The position numbers and the translations under genes are program-made. Below, piece after piece: positions 53,273 to 63,416 of a stretch of 64,000 bases of DNA. This stretch comes from a virus. Lineage: Duplodnaviria; Caudoviricetes. The first letter of the stretch is position 1. The number at the start of each line of letters is the position of its first letter. The stretch spans positions 64,001 to 128,000 of IMG/VR virus record IMGVR_UViG_3300049182_000044, one strand, 5' to 3'. A model generated the notes under the pieces. It was not told the DNA's origin. It saw only the letters and a list, made by a program, of their open reading frames with translations, and searched no databases.

Positions 53273-55390
53273 ATGGCTATTGATCTCGTATCATTCCTAC
53301 GGCCAAAGAACGGTAACACGTTCGCCCTTCTCGAAGATGTTTACTTGAAGGGCGGTTATCGTTCGGTCGCTAACGCAACAGAGCGCGATGCGATTGATCC
53401 GCTGTGCCGCAAGTCCGGTATGCTGGTGCTCACCCGAGACAACACCACGATCTGGAAACTGTCTGATGACCTTACTAGCTGGACTACGTTCGGCTTTGAA
53501 GGTCCTCAGGGTCCCCAAGGTGTTGCAGGTGTTGATGGCAAATCGGCTTATCAAGTATGGCTCGATGCTGGTAACGTAGGCACTGAAGTTGAGTTCCTCG
53601 CTTCGTTGCAGGGTCCCCAAGGTCCCCAAGGCATCCAGGGTGACCAAGGTCTTCAGGGTCCCGAAGGCCCTGCTGGCATCCAGGGCATCCAGGGCGATCA
53701 AGGTCCCCAAGGCATTCAAGGCCCTCAAGGCGAACAAGGTCCGGTTGGCCCTCAAGGCCCAGCAGGTGCGGATGGCGCTAACGGAGCAGATGGTCAATCG
53801 TTGGCTATCAGTGCTACTGGTACAACGCAAGACCGTGCCCTGTACGACACTGAGCTGAAAGGCTTCCTGTTCCTCGACACTGACACGTCACTCGTGTATG
53901 TCAAGAAGTCCGATGCATTCGCAGATTGGACTGCGGGTCAGCCGTTCGGCGTCGGTCCTCAAGGCGTGCAGGGTATCCAAGGTGAACAAGGTCTTCAAGG
54001 TCCTCAAGGCGTGCCTGGAGAACCCGGCCCCGCAGGTCCTCAGGGCCCCCAAGGTGAGGTTGGTATTTCGGTCATCACCAGTGAAGGCCCTCCGCTTGAT
54101 GAAGTAGGTCGTGAAGGCGAGTACTGCATCGACAAGACAAACTTCTACGTCTATGGGCCTAAGACGGCTGGCGTGTGGGGCATCGGCACAAGCATCATCG
54201 GGCCTGAAGGTCCTCAAGGTCCTGCTGGTGTCACAGGTCCGACCGCATACCAAGCATGGCTCGACGCAGGCAATGTCGGTACTGAAGCAGAGTTCATTAC
54301 TGCCATCACAGGTCCTCAGGGTCCCCAAGGTATTCAGGGTGAAGTTGGTCCTCAAGGTCCAGCAGGCCCCGCAGGTCCTTCTGCGTATCAAGCATGGCTA
54401 GACGCGGGTAACGTAGGCACTGAAGCAGAGTTCATTACTGCGATCACAGGCCCCGCAGGTCCTCAAGGTGAAGTTGGTCCTGCAGGTCCAGCTGGTCCTC
54501 AAGGCCCTTCTGCATACCAAGTGTGGCTCTCTGCTGGCAACGTAGGCACTGAATCAGACTTTATCCTTTCGATTACCGGCCCGATGGGTCCCCAAGGTAT
54601 TCAAGGTGAAGTTGGTCCTCAGGGCTTACAGGGTCCTTCCGGTCCTTCTGCTTACCAAGCGTGGCTTAATGCAGGTAACGTTGGTGACGAAGCTGCATTC
54701 ATCGCCGCGATCACAGGTCCCCAAGGTCCCCAAGGTATTCAGGGCCCCCAAGGTGAGCAAGGCTTGCAAGGCCCTCAGGGTATTCAAGGTCCCCAAGGTG
54801 AAGTTGGTCCTCAAGGTCCGGCAGGCACTGTTACGGGCGGTGCAATCGAAGGTAACGTCACTGTAAATGGTACGGTGCTTGCGAAGAACGTGTATGCTAC
54901 GTTGTCGGGCTTCCCCGATGCTAACACCTGCGAAGGTACGATTGTTATCGCTGAAGATAGCAACAAGCCGTATATCGCAAGTGATGGCACTTGGGTGGAA
55001 CTGCAGGTCGCACGTACTCTGGTTGCTCCTTATGATCTGGGCTTCTTCATTTCCGGCAACATGCCTACTACCAGCCAGGTGGTCGGCGTCAATCTCGTTG
55101 CTCGTAATGTGGCGATCACAGCCGGTTTCCCAGGTGCAGTCGCAAGGGCTAAGGTCGCTCCTACCACTCAAATCGTATTCAAGGTCGCAGTGAGCGGTGT
55201 CGATAAAGGCACGGTAACATTCAACATCGGTCAGACGAATGGCGTGTTTGCAATGGCTTCCAACTTGACGCTCCTTCCGGGTGACATGCTGGAGATCATC
55301 GCACCAGCTGGTGCCGACGCGACGATCAAGGATGTTGCAATCACCATCGTTGGACGTGCTGAAGCGCCTCACGGTAGTATGACGTTCTAA
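53273..55390 (+). CDS. Collagen-like fibre protein
   Basis: Extensive GPQ triplets punctuated by SAYQ.WL.AGNVG.E..F modules. Confidence 0.88.
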   Translation: MAIDLVSFLRPKNGNTFALLEDVYLKGGYRSVANATERDAIDPLCRKSGMLVLTRDNTTIWKLSDDLTSWTTFGFEGPQGPQGVAGVDGKSAYQVWLDAGNVGTEVEFLASLQGPQGPQGIQGDQGLQGPEGPAGIQGIQGDQGPQGIQGPQGEQGPVGPQGPAGADGANGADGQSLAISATGTTQDRALYDTELKGFLFLDTDTSLVYVKKSDAFADWTAGQPFGVGPQGVQGIQGEQGLQGPQGVPGEPGPAGPQGPQGEVGISVITSEGPPLDEVGREGEYCIDKTNFYVYGPKTAGVWGIGTSIIGPEGPQGPAGVTGPTAYQAWLDAGNVGTEAEFITAITGPQGPQGIQGEVGPQGPAGPAGPSAYQAWLDAGNVGTEAEFITAITGPAGPQGEVGPAGPAGPQGPSAYQVWLSAGNVGTESDFILSITGPMGPQGIQGEVGPQGLQGPSGPSAYQAWLNAGNVGDEAAFIAAITGPQGPQGIQGPQGEQGLQGPQGIQGPQGEVGPQGPAGTVTGGAIEGNVTVNGTVLAKNVYATLSGFPDANTCEGTIVIAEDSNKPYIASDGTWVELQVARTLVAPYDLGFFISGNMPTTSQVVGVNLVARNVAITAGFPGAVARAKVAPTTQIVFKVAVSGVDKGTVTFNIGQTNGVFAMASNLTLLPGDMLEIIAPAGADATIKDVAITIVGRAEAPHGSMTF
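54240..54730 (+). repeat. Four tandem SAYQxWLxAGNVGTExEFI modules separated by collagen triplets (fifth copy near 53545)
   Basis: Visible in translation and as near-identical nucleotide repeats. Confidence 0.85.
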
Positions 55391-55400
55391 GGAGTTTAGC

Positions 55401-55832
55401 ATGGGCTTAATGTCAATGATCTCGGTCTCGGTCTTCCGGACGAGTGAAGGTGTTACGTCTCCTGAGCCAACAAACATTCTACCGTACTACGGTGTATCAG
55501 CAGTAGTTGACCAAAGTGCTAAGACGGGTGATTTCATTCTAGCGTTACCACATCGTGGCCCGACGCCGGATCGTTTGAACCCGTCATTCATTTTGAATGC
55601 GCCCACTCCAGACCTTACCATGTACTACGCATATCCAGTTGCGTATGGTGAGGCAACGTTCTTGGATGTTCAAGCGAACTTCCAAGGTGGTTGGGATGGT
55701 GCGCATGGCGACTACGGCTCTACACTAGGTCCGCTGATTGTTCCGGTCACCATCGACGGTCATGTAGTTAACTTCTACTTGTACCAGACTGACTGGGAAG
55801 GCCTCGGTGAGATTGAATGGAGCGTAAGCTAA
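55401..55832 (+). CDS. Putative virion protein, paralog of the C-terminal domain of 51533
   Basis: PYYG...GP..DR...YYAYP..YG.A.F.D...GGWDGA...GP..V.VTIDG.VV.FYLYQ.D in both. Confidence 0.75.
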   Translation: MGLMSMISVSVFRTSEGVTSPEPTNILPYYGVSAVVDQSAKTGDFILALPHRGPTPDRLNPSFILNAPTPDLTMYYAYPVAYGEATFLDVQANFQGGWDGAHGDYGSTLGPLIVPVTIDGHVVNFYLYQTDWEGLGEIEWSVS

Positions 55833-55886
55833 TCGTCGCGGGTGCTGCTTAACGGCGGCACCCACTTAACAAGAAGGTAGGTAGAC

Positions 55887-56498
55887 ATGGCTATTCAAGT
55901 CGCCTCGTTTATAGTCCCCAAGAACAACAACACTTGGTATGTACTCGAGGACAAATACTTAAAAGGTGGCCTTCGCGTCGTGGCAAATGTCACGGAGAGA
56001 AACAACATTGACTCGCTTTCCCGTAAGGCCGCAATGTTGGTCATCACCCAGGACGATAAGAAAGTTTGGCAGCTCAATGCTGATCTGTCAACCTGGACAG
56101 AGTTCAAAGTGGGTGGTGGCTCTGCTGTAAGGCAAACCGTTCAGCATTCGACAATTGAGCTTCAACCGGGTGCGTCGGATGTATTCGCCTTGAACTTAGG
56201 GCGATCTGTTCTGGTGTATCACTTTGAAGTAGATACGCCTTGTACCGTAGAAGCTCACGGTAGTGTGCTGAGGGATGACTCGAATCCGTATAAGTTCGTG
56301 GCTACTTCAGACCATCTTGTTGATGACGGCTCGTCATTGATGACGGATGGAACAATCCTGCGAGGCCGGCGATATGCTATTCTCGCAAATACCGAGCCTG
56401 GGAATTCTGGCGACATCTATTTTCAGTTGACAAACAACGATGTTGTTGCCAAGAATGTTAATTTAACATTGACGTTCCTTCCGTTGGAAACCGTATAA
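55887..56498 (+). CDS. Putative virion protein (LEDKYLKGG module)
   Basis: N-terminal about 70 aa nearly identical to 48192. Confidence 0.75.
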   Translation: MAIQVASFIVPKNNNTWYVLEDKYLKGGLRVVANVTERNNIDSLSRKAAMLVITQDDKKVWQLNADLSTWTEFKVGGGSAVRQTVQHSTIELQPGASDVFALNLGRSVLVYHFEVDTPCTVEAHGSVLRDDSNPYKFVATSDHLVDDGSSLMTDGTILRGRRYAILANTEPGNSGDIYFQLTNNDVVAKNVNLTLTFLPLETV

Positions 56499-56522
56499 AC
56501 CTTTAACTAAGGAGAAACAAAC

Positions 56523-57533
56523 ATGCCTGGATTTACCGTTCAACGTGCTGGCTTCACCCGCACACCTGAAATGCTGTACGCCATTGTGCAAGACCTGCTT
56601 GCAAACGGCTTCGTGCAAAAGTTCCCATCCGCTCCGCTGACAGCTCCGGTGGCTAACACCGACTATGCCAAGTTCAAGATCACCCTCGAAGCAGGCCCGA
56701 CCATTGATCCGCTGGCTGCAAGTCAACCGTGGCGTATGCATTTGAGCTGCGACCAGCACGAGCAAGTTCTCGACATCTACATGGGCTCGCCGCTGCAGTT
56801 GCAAAACGACGGCACAGTCGCGTTGATGGATAAGTCGGACGGTACAACCGACCTCTCGAAGCTGCCCGCAGGTATGCTGAACACCACTGGCATCATCCCG
56901 CAAGATCTGACCGCGGACAAGCCGGACACCTACTTCATCCATCGTAAGGCTCGCGTTGCCGACAAAGCAACCGCCGCCAACTACCCGCTGACGTATCGCC
57001 TGTCGATCACCGCCCACGGTGTCGCCCTAGCAGTATGGGAAGATGCTACTGATCACCAGGACATTCCGCGCTTCTCGTGGTTCGTTGCACAGCGTCCGGT
57101 TGACCACATCACTGGTTCTCCTCTGGTTACTGGCCACTGCCCGATGGTTTGCCTGTTCGGTATGGCGTCTAAGTGCTTCAAGTTCATTGTTCGTGAGAGC
57201 GACGTTCTGAAGCCTACCAAGCCGGTTGATGCAGCAGCAGACGTTGACGATAGCCACGCTATCATCAATGTAAAGCCGCAAGTGGCAATCACCGAGAACA
57301 ACCGTTACGTGATTACCTTCCCGAACGGCCTGAACACGCCTCGCTATATGTACACCGAAGAGCTGGACATGGTTGCATACACTTCTGCAGACGTGGTCGG
57401 TCAGTACAGTGACGTACCTATCACTGTGTACGGTGAAGCCACTGCTCGTACTTACAAAGCATTGCTGGCGAACGCGAAGAACAACACCGGTATGCGTATC
57501 CTGTTCCTCATTAAGGGCGCCGGTATTGCCTAA
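56523..57533 (+). CDS. Putative structural protein
   Basis: AAGGAG RBS, 336 aa, biased codons, within virion cluster. Confidence 0.65.
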   Translation: MPGFTVQRAGFTRTPEMLYAIVQDLLANGFVQKFPSAPLTAPVANTDYAKFKITLEAGPTIDPLAASQPWRMHLSCDQHEQVLDIYMGSPLQLQNDGTVALMDKSDGTTDLSKLPAGMLNTTGIIPQDLTADKPDTYFIHRKARVADKATAANYPLTYRLSITAHGVALAVWEDATDHQDIPRFSWFVAQRPVDHITGSPLVTGHCPMVCLFGMASKCFKFIVRESDVLKPTKPVDAAADVDDSHAIINVKPQVAITENNRYVITFPNGLNTPRYMYTEELDMVAYTSADVVGQYSDVPITVYGEATARTYKALLANAKNNTGMRILFLIKGAGIA

Positions 57534-57549
57534 TTGAACAGGAAGTAAT

Positions 57550-57584
57550 AATGGGGATGCTTAGTCATCCCCATTTTTGTTTTT
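57550..57584 (+). terminator. Intrinsic terminator
   Basis: AATGGGGATG-CTTAGT-CATCCCCATT followed by TTTGTTTTT. Confidence 0.8.
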
Positions 57585-57599
57585 GCCTTGGGGATAACC

Positions 57600-60500
57600 A
57601 TGCGGAGTTTGTTTAATAAAGTTCAAAATGCTCAGCTAGGTGTAGGAGTTACTTCAGAGGAAGTTACACTCTCCGGACTGAGTGGAGCAGTTAGCCTCAC
57701 TATCAACCAGCCTGGCGTTATTCTATACCGCAACGGTGGTGAGACTAGCACTCCTACTACGGTTAGTAATGGCGACCGCATTCGCCTAGCTGTGACTGCA
57801 CCGGCGACGTATGCGACTACAAAGTTCGTCACAGTCAACATCGGTGGTGAACCAGCCTTATTCAGTGTTACGACAATCCAAGACCCTGCGAAATACAACT
57901 TCGCGGGGTTCTCTGACCTCACGCCACTGGAGCTAACCAAGTACCAATCGGGTCAGGATTATATCCCCAATCCTGTCGATAACGTTTTCTCCATCTATGG
58001 TACAGATGGGAACTTTATTAAATCAGTTCCAGCCAAAGCACCTGCAACAAATGGCACTACCGCGAACGACTTCGTAATCATCGCCGACTACTACAGCGAC
58101 AAGCTGTTGAAGATCGACGCGGTGACACATGAGGTTGTCCGTGCGATCACAGTCGGCGCACGTCCATACGGCCTGGCTCATACTCCGACCTCTGATACTA
58201 ACGCAGAGAGCTTGACCTGGGTCTCTGTTTCGGAAGAAGACAAAGTCCTCGTCTTAGACAAGAATCACAACGTCGTAGCCACCCATCGCACCGGTGAGAA
58301 GCCTTTGGGCATCGCCGTGACGATTGATGGACGCGATCTGTTTGTGGCGAACAATGCAGCGGGCACCGTCACTCATTTCACTTTGAATGGTGATGTGTGG
58401 TCGTCAGTGACCGTCAACGTTGGTGCGAAGCCGTTTGAAGTAGCAACGGACTTGCGTGGTAACGCTTGGGTGACTTGTACAGGCACCGATAAAGTGTACC
58501 GCATCACCCGTAATAACGTGGTCACTCCATTCATCGTCGGCGGTGGCCCACGTGGTGTATTGATCGACGGCGCAGGTATGGTGTGGGTGGCCTGTTCTCA
58601 GGATAACACCTTAGTCAAGCTCAACCCTGGTACTGGGGTAAAGACGTCGATCACTACTCGACAAGTGCCTGTCTCCCTCACAATGGGTAAGGACGGCACA
58701 ATCTACGTTGCGAACTTTGGTGATAGCACTGTTCAGAAAGTAGTGAACGGAGCAATTACTGCGACAACTGAAGTTGGCAAGTACCCGTATGGTCTAACTG
58801 TTGATGGCACGGGTAAGCTGTGGGTCGCAAGCCTGTATTCAAACACTCCGGCATACCTGTACGACTTCGATCAGACTCCTCTTGGATTCGCTATTCAAGA
58901 CCAGCTGTCTGTTCGTCCGAATACGCTTGTCACCACGAACACGATCACTGTTACTGAAATCAATACGCCTACTCCGGTTGCTGTACCGGACTTGTACGGT
59001 GCAACGATCATCAAGAACGGTGCTGATGCAGGATCAACTACCACGGTTGTTAGTGGAGATACACTCGCGTTCAAATTCACTACGCCGAATGTGTACGACA
59101 CTCAAATCGACATGCCGATCTTTGTCGGTACTCGATATGAAAGCTTCACTGCGAGCATTCCAGTTGAAGACCGTGTGCCGAATCCGTTCCTGCTGATTGA
59201 AAAGAACAACGCTGAGCCGGACACCTGGTACACATCGAACGAAATCACTGTAACAGGCATCGACTCGACTGCGACTATTCCGGTTGTCACTTCCTTCGGT
59301 ACGCTTGTGATCGACCGTATCGACACTGGTGCTACATCCGCTTCTGCTCGTTTGGGTACGAAGGTTGCGATCCGTGCAAAGTCTTCGATCACTGACAAAC
59401 AGACGTTGTTCATCGACCTCGATATAGGTACAGTGCGTGGAACATGGCGACTGACCACGAACATTATCGACACCAGCCGTTACATAAAGCCTGAGTTTAA
59501 GAACAATCGCCAGTACCATCCTGGGCTTGGTCATAATACGCCTCAAGTCGGCCCTGTTCGTCGCCTGACTCGCATCAAGCCGGATGATTTCACTTCGCAG
59601 ACTGCAGAGCTGATAAACAATGTCAACTTCGTTCCAGGCGCATACGACATCTATGTTGCGAACCCTTCCTCGGGCGAAGTATTTCAGTTCAATAAGGTAA
59701 CAGGTCTCACTAAGACTGCCCTGAAGCCGGATCCGAGCATCGCACAAAACAATGTGATGCCGTTCAAGACTATTGGTAATCGTTTCGTCTTGTGCGGGGC
59801 TAACAAATCAGTCTACGACATTCTTACTGGGAAGTTCACTCCCTTCGTCGGCCCAGGCGTCATAAAGATGCCGGAAGACGGAACGATGATTGGTCAAGCG
59901 CTGTATGTGACCACGTCTAACGGTGAAGTTCATACGGTTGTTGCAGGTGTAGGTGGTGAGTATTTCGTTCTGTCCTCGATCTCGGTAGGCGGTCCCGGTA
60001 CTGCTCACGCGATCTGTGCCGATCAGACTGGGGCACTGTGGGTAAGCGATATCGTCAATGATCGTATCTACAAGATCTTTCAGGACGAAGTTGTCGCGAC
60101 GATTGAGAATGCTGGAGCAGACATTTGGAGCATGAAGGCGAGTGCCACTCACTTGTGGACGGCCAACAGCTACGATAACACGGTCTCGAAGATCAACTTG
60201 TCTACGCTCGAAGTCGAAAAGAAGATTCGGGTTGCCTCTGTACCGAATAACATCGAGATCGACCAGTACGGCAAGATTTGGGTCAGCCATTACTACTCAA
60301 AGAACATCATCGTCCTCGATCCGAACACGGATCAGAAGGTGCAAGACATCGCTTTGAATTATGCCGCAGCGATGGAGATGCATCTTCTCGAAGGTGAGGT
60401 TTGGGTATCTGAGCTGTACTCGACCATTGATGACTTCTACAAGAAGACAAGTGGTCTGAACGGTGTTGGTCAGCTAGGCTTTGCCCAGTTGAACAACGTT

Positions 60501-62591
60501 AAGCTCGGTACGGTTGTTAGCACGGATACGAAGACGATTGCAGGGCTGGTTCGTCCTACAGTTTTATCTTTGCAGCCAAACTCCTTACACAAGTTGTACG
60601 TCAATGGTGTGCAGACAAACTCTGCCACTGTCGATAACGGCGATACAGTTCAGTTAGAATTTACGGCTCCTACAACTTACGATACAGCTTCGGTCGCAGT
60701 TCTTTCCGATCCTTATGGTAGTCAGTCCGTTTCATTAAGGACAGAGCCTGACATTTATCCTGAGCAAGTATTCTTCATCGCACAGTTTGATGCTATGTTG
60801 CGTCAGACTTTGTTGTCTAATACGGTTTCAATCTCGGGTGTCACACCAGGTGCAACGATCACGTTGAAGCCAAGTGATGCACGCTGGTCATTGGTAGTCA
60901 ACGGTGTTCTTAGAACTGCAGGTCAATCTGCATCGGTACTAAACGGTGACACAATTGCTTTGACTGGCCCTGCATTCGGTCAGTATGGGACGACGCAAGA
61001 GTACAAGCTGCTGCAAGCGTTTCCTGCGGCTGTTCCTGCAGAGCCTGATGCAGTACTCGGCACATTCGTCGTTACCAATAAAGAGCTTGATGGGCCTGTG
61101 CCGGCAGCTAGTAAGTTCTCTCGTTCCTTCGCTCCTGTATGGATCGAGAATCCTAGGACATTCGGTACTCAGGTTGATTTGCCTGAGGCAGTGCTTGGTG
61201 GGAACACCTGGTACGTTGCCGATAACGAGATCGCCACCAGCCTAGCAGCGTCTGTGTACCATCATGAGGTTGTGTCTGAGCCAGCTGTATTCGAGCGCAA
61301 TTCAAACTCCATTACCGTTGCAGACGTTGATAGGGTATTCGAGTCTATCGGTGCAGGGAATCTGCATGAAGTTGAGATCGAGTACATAAGCCAGCACAGG
61401 AAGTCAGTAAAGACAGTAGAGGCGGAGTACGCGCACCTGCCTGCAAACACGCTACGTACTGTCGAGTCGTCCTATACTAACATCCCTGCAAACACGCTAC
61501 GCACAGTCGAGACCGACTATGTGAAGCGTAGTGTTCGGACGTACCATTTGGGCGATGCGGTTCATGAAGAGCTAGAACTTGAGCCGATGCAGTTCAATCA
61601 TGCACCGTGGCACGCTTCACCAGAGTCTGAGTACGAGCAGCGTAAAGTGCCTCGAGGTAGGGTCGTTGAAGCAGAGTACGAGCTTCGAGCTCGTCGTCTA
61701 CAATCGGAAGTCGAGGCAGAGTACGAAGTTCGGACTAACGAGTCACGGCGTTTCGTAGAAGCTGACTACGTAAAGCATGCTTCCGATGGCTTGAAGATCA
61801 GCCCTCTGACTGAGCATGTCAAGAGCGTTAAAGCTCTCTACGAGGTAGAAGTCGAGTACATCAAGGTAGAGCGTAAGTCCTTGAAGTTGGCAGATCCTAT
61901 CCCGGTAGTGCGTAGGCTGTATAGCTTGAATCTTGGCCCTGAGATAGAATGGCAGAAAGATACTCGACTGTTCATTCACCCAGGTGACGTTGTCCGCATC
62001 CCACCAGCGGCGGTTATCACTCGTGAGCCTCGTGTTACCGAGCCGATGCCGTTTGCTATTCGAGTACGTCACCTCGGTGCTTCGGCAGGTGTGGAGTACG
62101 TTCGTCAAGTTCGCCATGTATCACCGACAGCTGAAGTAGAGTATGTCCGACAAGTGCGTCATGTGTCACCTGGTGCAGAAACGTTCTTTGACAAGCAAGT
62201 GAACCATGTATCACCGACGTTCGAGCCAATCTTGGGCGTTAAGCTGGTGCGTAGGCGTTCTGTTGAAGCACGTCCTGAACTGATCCTGCATAGTGCCATT
62301 CGTAAGAAACTGGTCACCATCGGTCGAGAGGAACTTCTCATAAGTCCTTACAAGGTGTATCCGTATAGCTTGGAAGACACTGCTACGATGCAGGGAGCTT
62401 ATGCAACGGCGAACGAGGCGATTGCAGCTGGGATCGAAGCGGGATGGCCATTTGCGTACGCGGTTCCGGTACAAGGTGGGGTGTATATCTGGGCAACGCA
62501 ACCGCCTAAGCCGACAGCTAGCTGCGGTGTTGATCCAAATGGGCCTGGGTTGTATCCGCGTCCTGAGAAATGGTATGTTCATGGAGGTTGA
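57600..62591 (+). CDS. Very large virion-associated protein: two YVTN/Vgb-like beta-propellers, repeated beta-sandwiches and a C-terminal VExEY repeat region
   Basis: I.VGARPYGL, VGAKPFEV, VGGGPRGV, VGKYPYGL, LWTANSYDNTVSKI repeats; start may be 57588. Confidence 0.8.
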   Translation: MRSLFNKVQNAQLGVGVTSEEVTLSGLSGAVSLTINQPGVILYRNGGETSTPTTVSNGDRIRLAVTAPATYATTKFVTVNIGGEPALFSVTTIQDPAKYNFAGFSDLTPLELTKYQSGQDYIPNPVDNVFSIYGTDGNFIKSVPAKAPATNGTTANDFVIIADYYSDKLLKIDAVTHEVVRAITVGARPYGLAHTPTSDTNAESLTWVSVSEEDKVLVLDKNHNVVATHRTGEKPLGIAVTIDGRDLFVANNAAGTVTHFTLNGDVWSSVTVNVGAKPFEVATDLRGNAWVTCTGTDKVYRITRNNVVTPFIVGGGPRGVLIDGAGMVWVACSQDNTLVKLNPGTGVKTSITTRQVPVSLTMGKDGTIYVANFGDSTVQKVVNGAITATTEVGKYPYGLTVDGTGKLWVASLYSNTPAYLYDFDQTPLGFAIQDQLSVRPNTLVTTNTITVTEINTPTPVAVPDLYGATIIKNGADAGSTTTVVSGDTLAFKFTTPNVYDTQIDMPIFVGTRYESFTASIPVEDRVPNPFLLIEKNNAEPDTWYTSNEITVTGIDSTATIPVVTSFGTLVIDRIDTGATSASARLGTKVAIRAKSSITDKQTLFIDLDIGTVRGTWRLTTNIIDTSRYIKPEFKNNRQYHPGLGHNTPQVGPVRRLTRIKPDDFTSQTAELINNVNFVPGAYDIYVANPSSGEVFQFNKVTGLTKTALKPDPSIAQNNVMPFKTIGNRFVLCGANKSVYDILTGKFTPFVGPGVIKMPEDGTMIGQALYVTTSNGEVHTVVAGVGGEYFVLSSISVGGPGTAHAICADQTGALWVSDIVNDRIYKIFQDEVVATIENAGADIWSMKASATHLWTANSYDNTVSKINLSTLEVEKKIRVASVPNNIEIDQYGKIWVSHYYSKNIIVLDPNTDQKVQDIALNYAAAMEMHLLEGEVWVSELYSTIDDFYKKTSGLNGVGQLGFAQLNNVKLGTVVSTDTKTIAGLVRPTVLSLQPNSLHKLYVNGVQTNSATVDNGDTVQLEFTAPTTYDTASVAVLSDPYGSQSVSLRTEPDIYPEQVFFIAQFDAMLRQTLLSNTVSISGVTPGATITLKPSDARWSLVVNGVLRTAGQSASVLNGDTIALTGPAFGQYGTTQEYKLLQAFPAAVPAEPDAVLGTFVVTNKELDGPVPAASKFSRSFAPVWIENPRTFGTQVDLPEAVLGGNTWYVADNEIATSLAASVYHHEVVSEPAVFERNSNSITVADVDRVFESIGAGNLHEVEIEYISQHRKSVKTVEAEYAHLPANTLRTVESSYTNIPANTLRTVETDYVKRSVRTYHLGDAVHEELELEPMQFNHAPWHASPESEYEQRKVPRGRVVEAEYELRARRLQSEVEAEYEVRTNESRRFVEADYVKHASDGLKISPLTEHVKSVKALYEVEVEYIKVERKSLKLADPIPVVRRLYSLNLGPEIEWQKDTRLFIHPGDVVRIPPAAVITREPRVTEPMPFAIRVRHLGASAGVEYVRQVRHVSPTAEVEYVRQVRHVSPGAETFFDKQVNHVSPTFEPILGVKLVRRRSVEARPELILHSAIRKKLVTIGREELLISPYKVYPYSLEDTATMQGAYATANEAIAAGIEAGWPFAYAVPVQGGVYIWATQPPKPTASCGVDPNGPGLYPRPEKWYVHGG

Positions 62592-62593
62592 TT

Positions 62594-63352
62594 ATGTCAG
62601 TTCACTCTAGGAAGATTGTCGCCCCTCGGTGGCGGCATTTCTTCCCGTACGCTCCGGAGATCGAAAGGGCGATCCCGTTCTATCGTGCGACCAGTGGCCC
62701 AGGCGGAACCACTGTGACAGAGAACTTTCGGCACGAGTATGTGTCTGACGGCTCTGATACAGTTCAACTACCTGCGCCTATCTATGCTGCTGATATTCAG
62801 TCGATCCTTATCTCGTACAATGGGAATCCTCAGAACAATCCCTGGGATACGGTTCGATACGAGTGGCAAGGCTCAGGATCGTTCCGGGAATTGGTTCCTG
62901 TATCTGGGTGGGTGCGTTTCGAGTATAACAGTACTGAGCGGTCTATTTGGTTCCGTTCGCTGATGAACGCCACCTACAATGTGGCTCCACCACCCGTGGG
63001 AACAAACGTCTTGATCGAGATCGAAAATGATCTGTCTGAGAATGCGTATGTTCCAATCTCAATGAAGCCGTATCTGATTCAAGGTGCGAATCCATTGGAA
63101 CCCTCGATCATTACTAATCCAGCGGCGAACTCTGTTGTCCCGCAGTTCCAGGGTGGGTATCGCTGTCACATCCGGTTGTTGACTCGTGCTCGTCATGGGC
63201 ATGTACGTATTGCAGACAACAAGTTAGGCTTTGAGTACCGTCCAGACATGGGCTACTACGGTGACGATTCGTTCTCGTACTGCCTAGTAAACTCGCTAGG
63301 GCAGCGTTCTGATGCGGCTTGTGTTCGACTCCGAGTCGGCACTGGTGTATGA
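62594..63352 (+). CDS. Putative virion protein with C-terminal Big_9/cadherin-like domain
   Basis: GGAGG RBS; HGHVRI...FEY.PD.GY.GDDSFSY.L. Confidence 0.65.
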   Translation: MSVHSRKIVAPRWRHFFPYAPEIERAIPFYRATSGPGGTTVTENFRHEYVSDGSDTVQLPAPIYAADIQSILISYNGNPQNNPWDTVRYEWQGSGSFRELVPVSGWVRFEYNSTERSIWFRSLMNATYNVAPPPVGTNVLIEIENDLSENAYVPISMKPYLIQGANPLEPSIITNPAANSVVPQFQGGYRCHIRLLTRARHGHVRIADNKLGFEYRPDMGYYGDDSFSYCLVNSLGQRSDAACVRLRVGTGV

Positions 63353-63416
63353 TCGTTGTCCCTATTTATCGTAATTTAACAGAGCAACATAGACCGCATA
63401 GCTTGAGGAAATCATT

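Noticed and set aside
53580-54830. Regularly spaced DNA repeats suggesting a CRISPR array
   Set aside because: They encode in-frame collagen triplets and protein modules; no unique spacers and no cas genes
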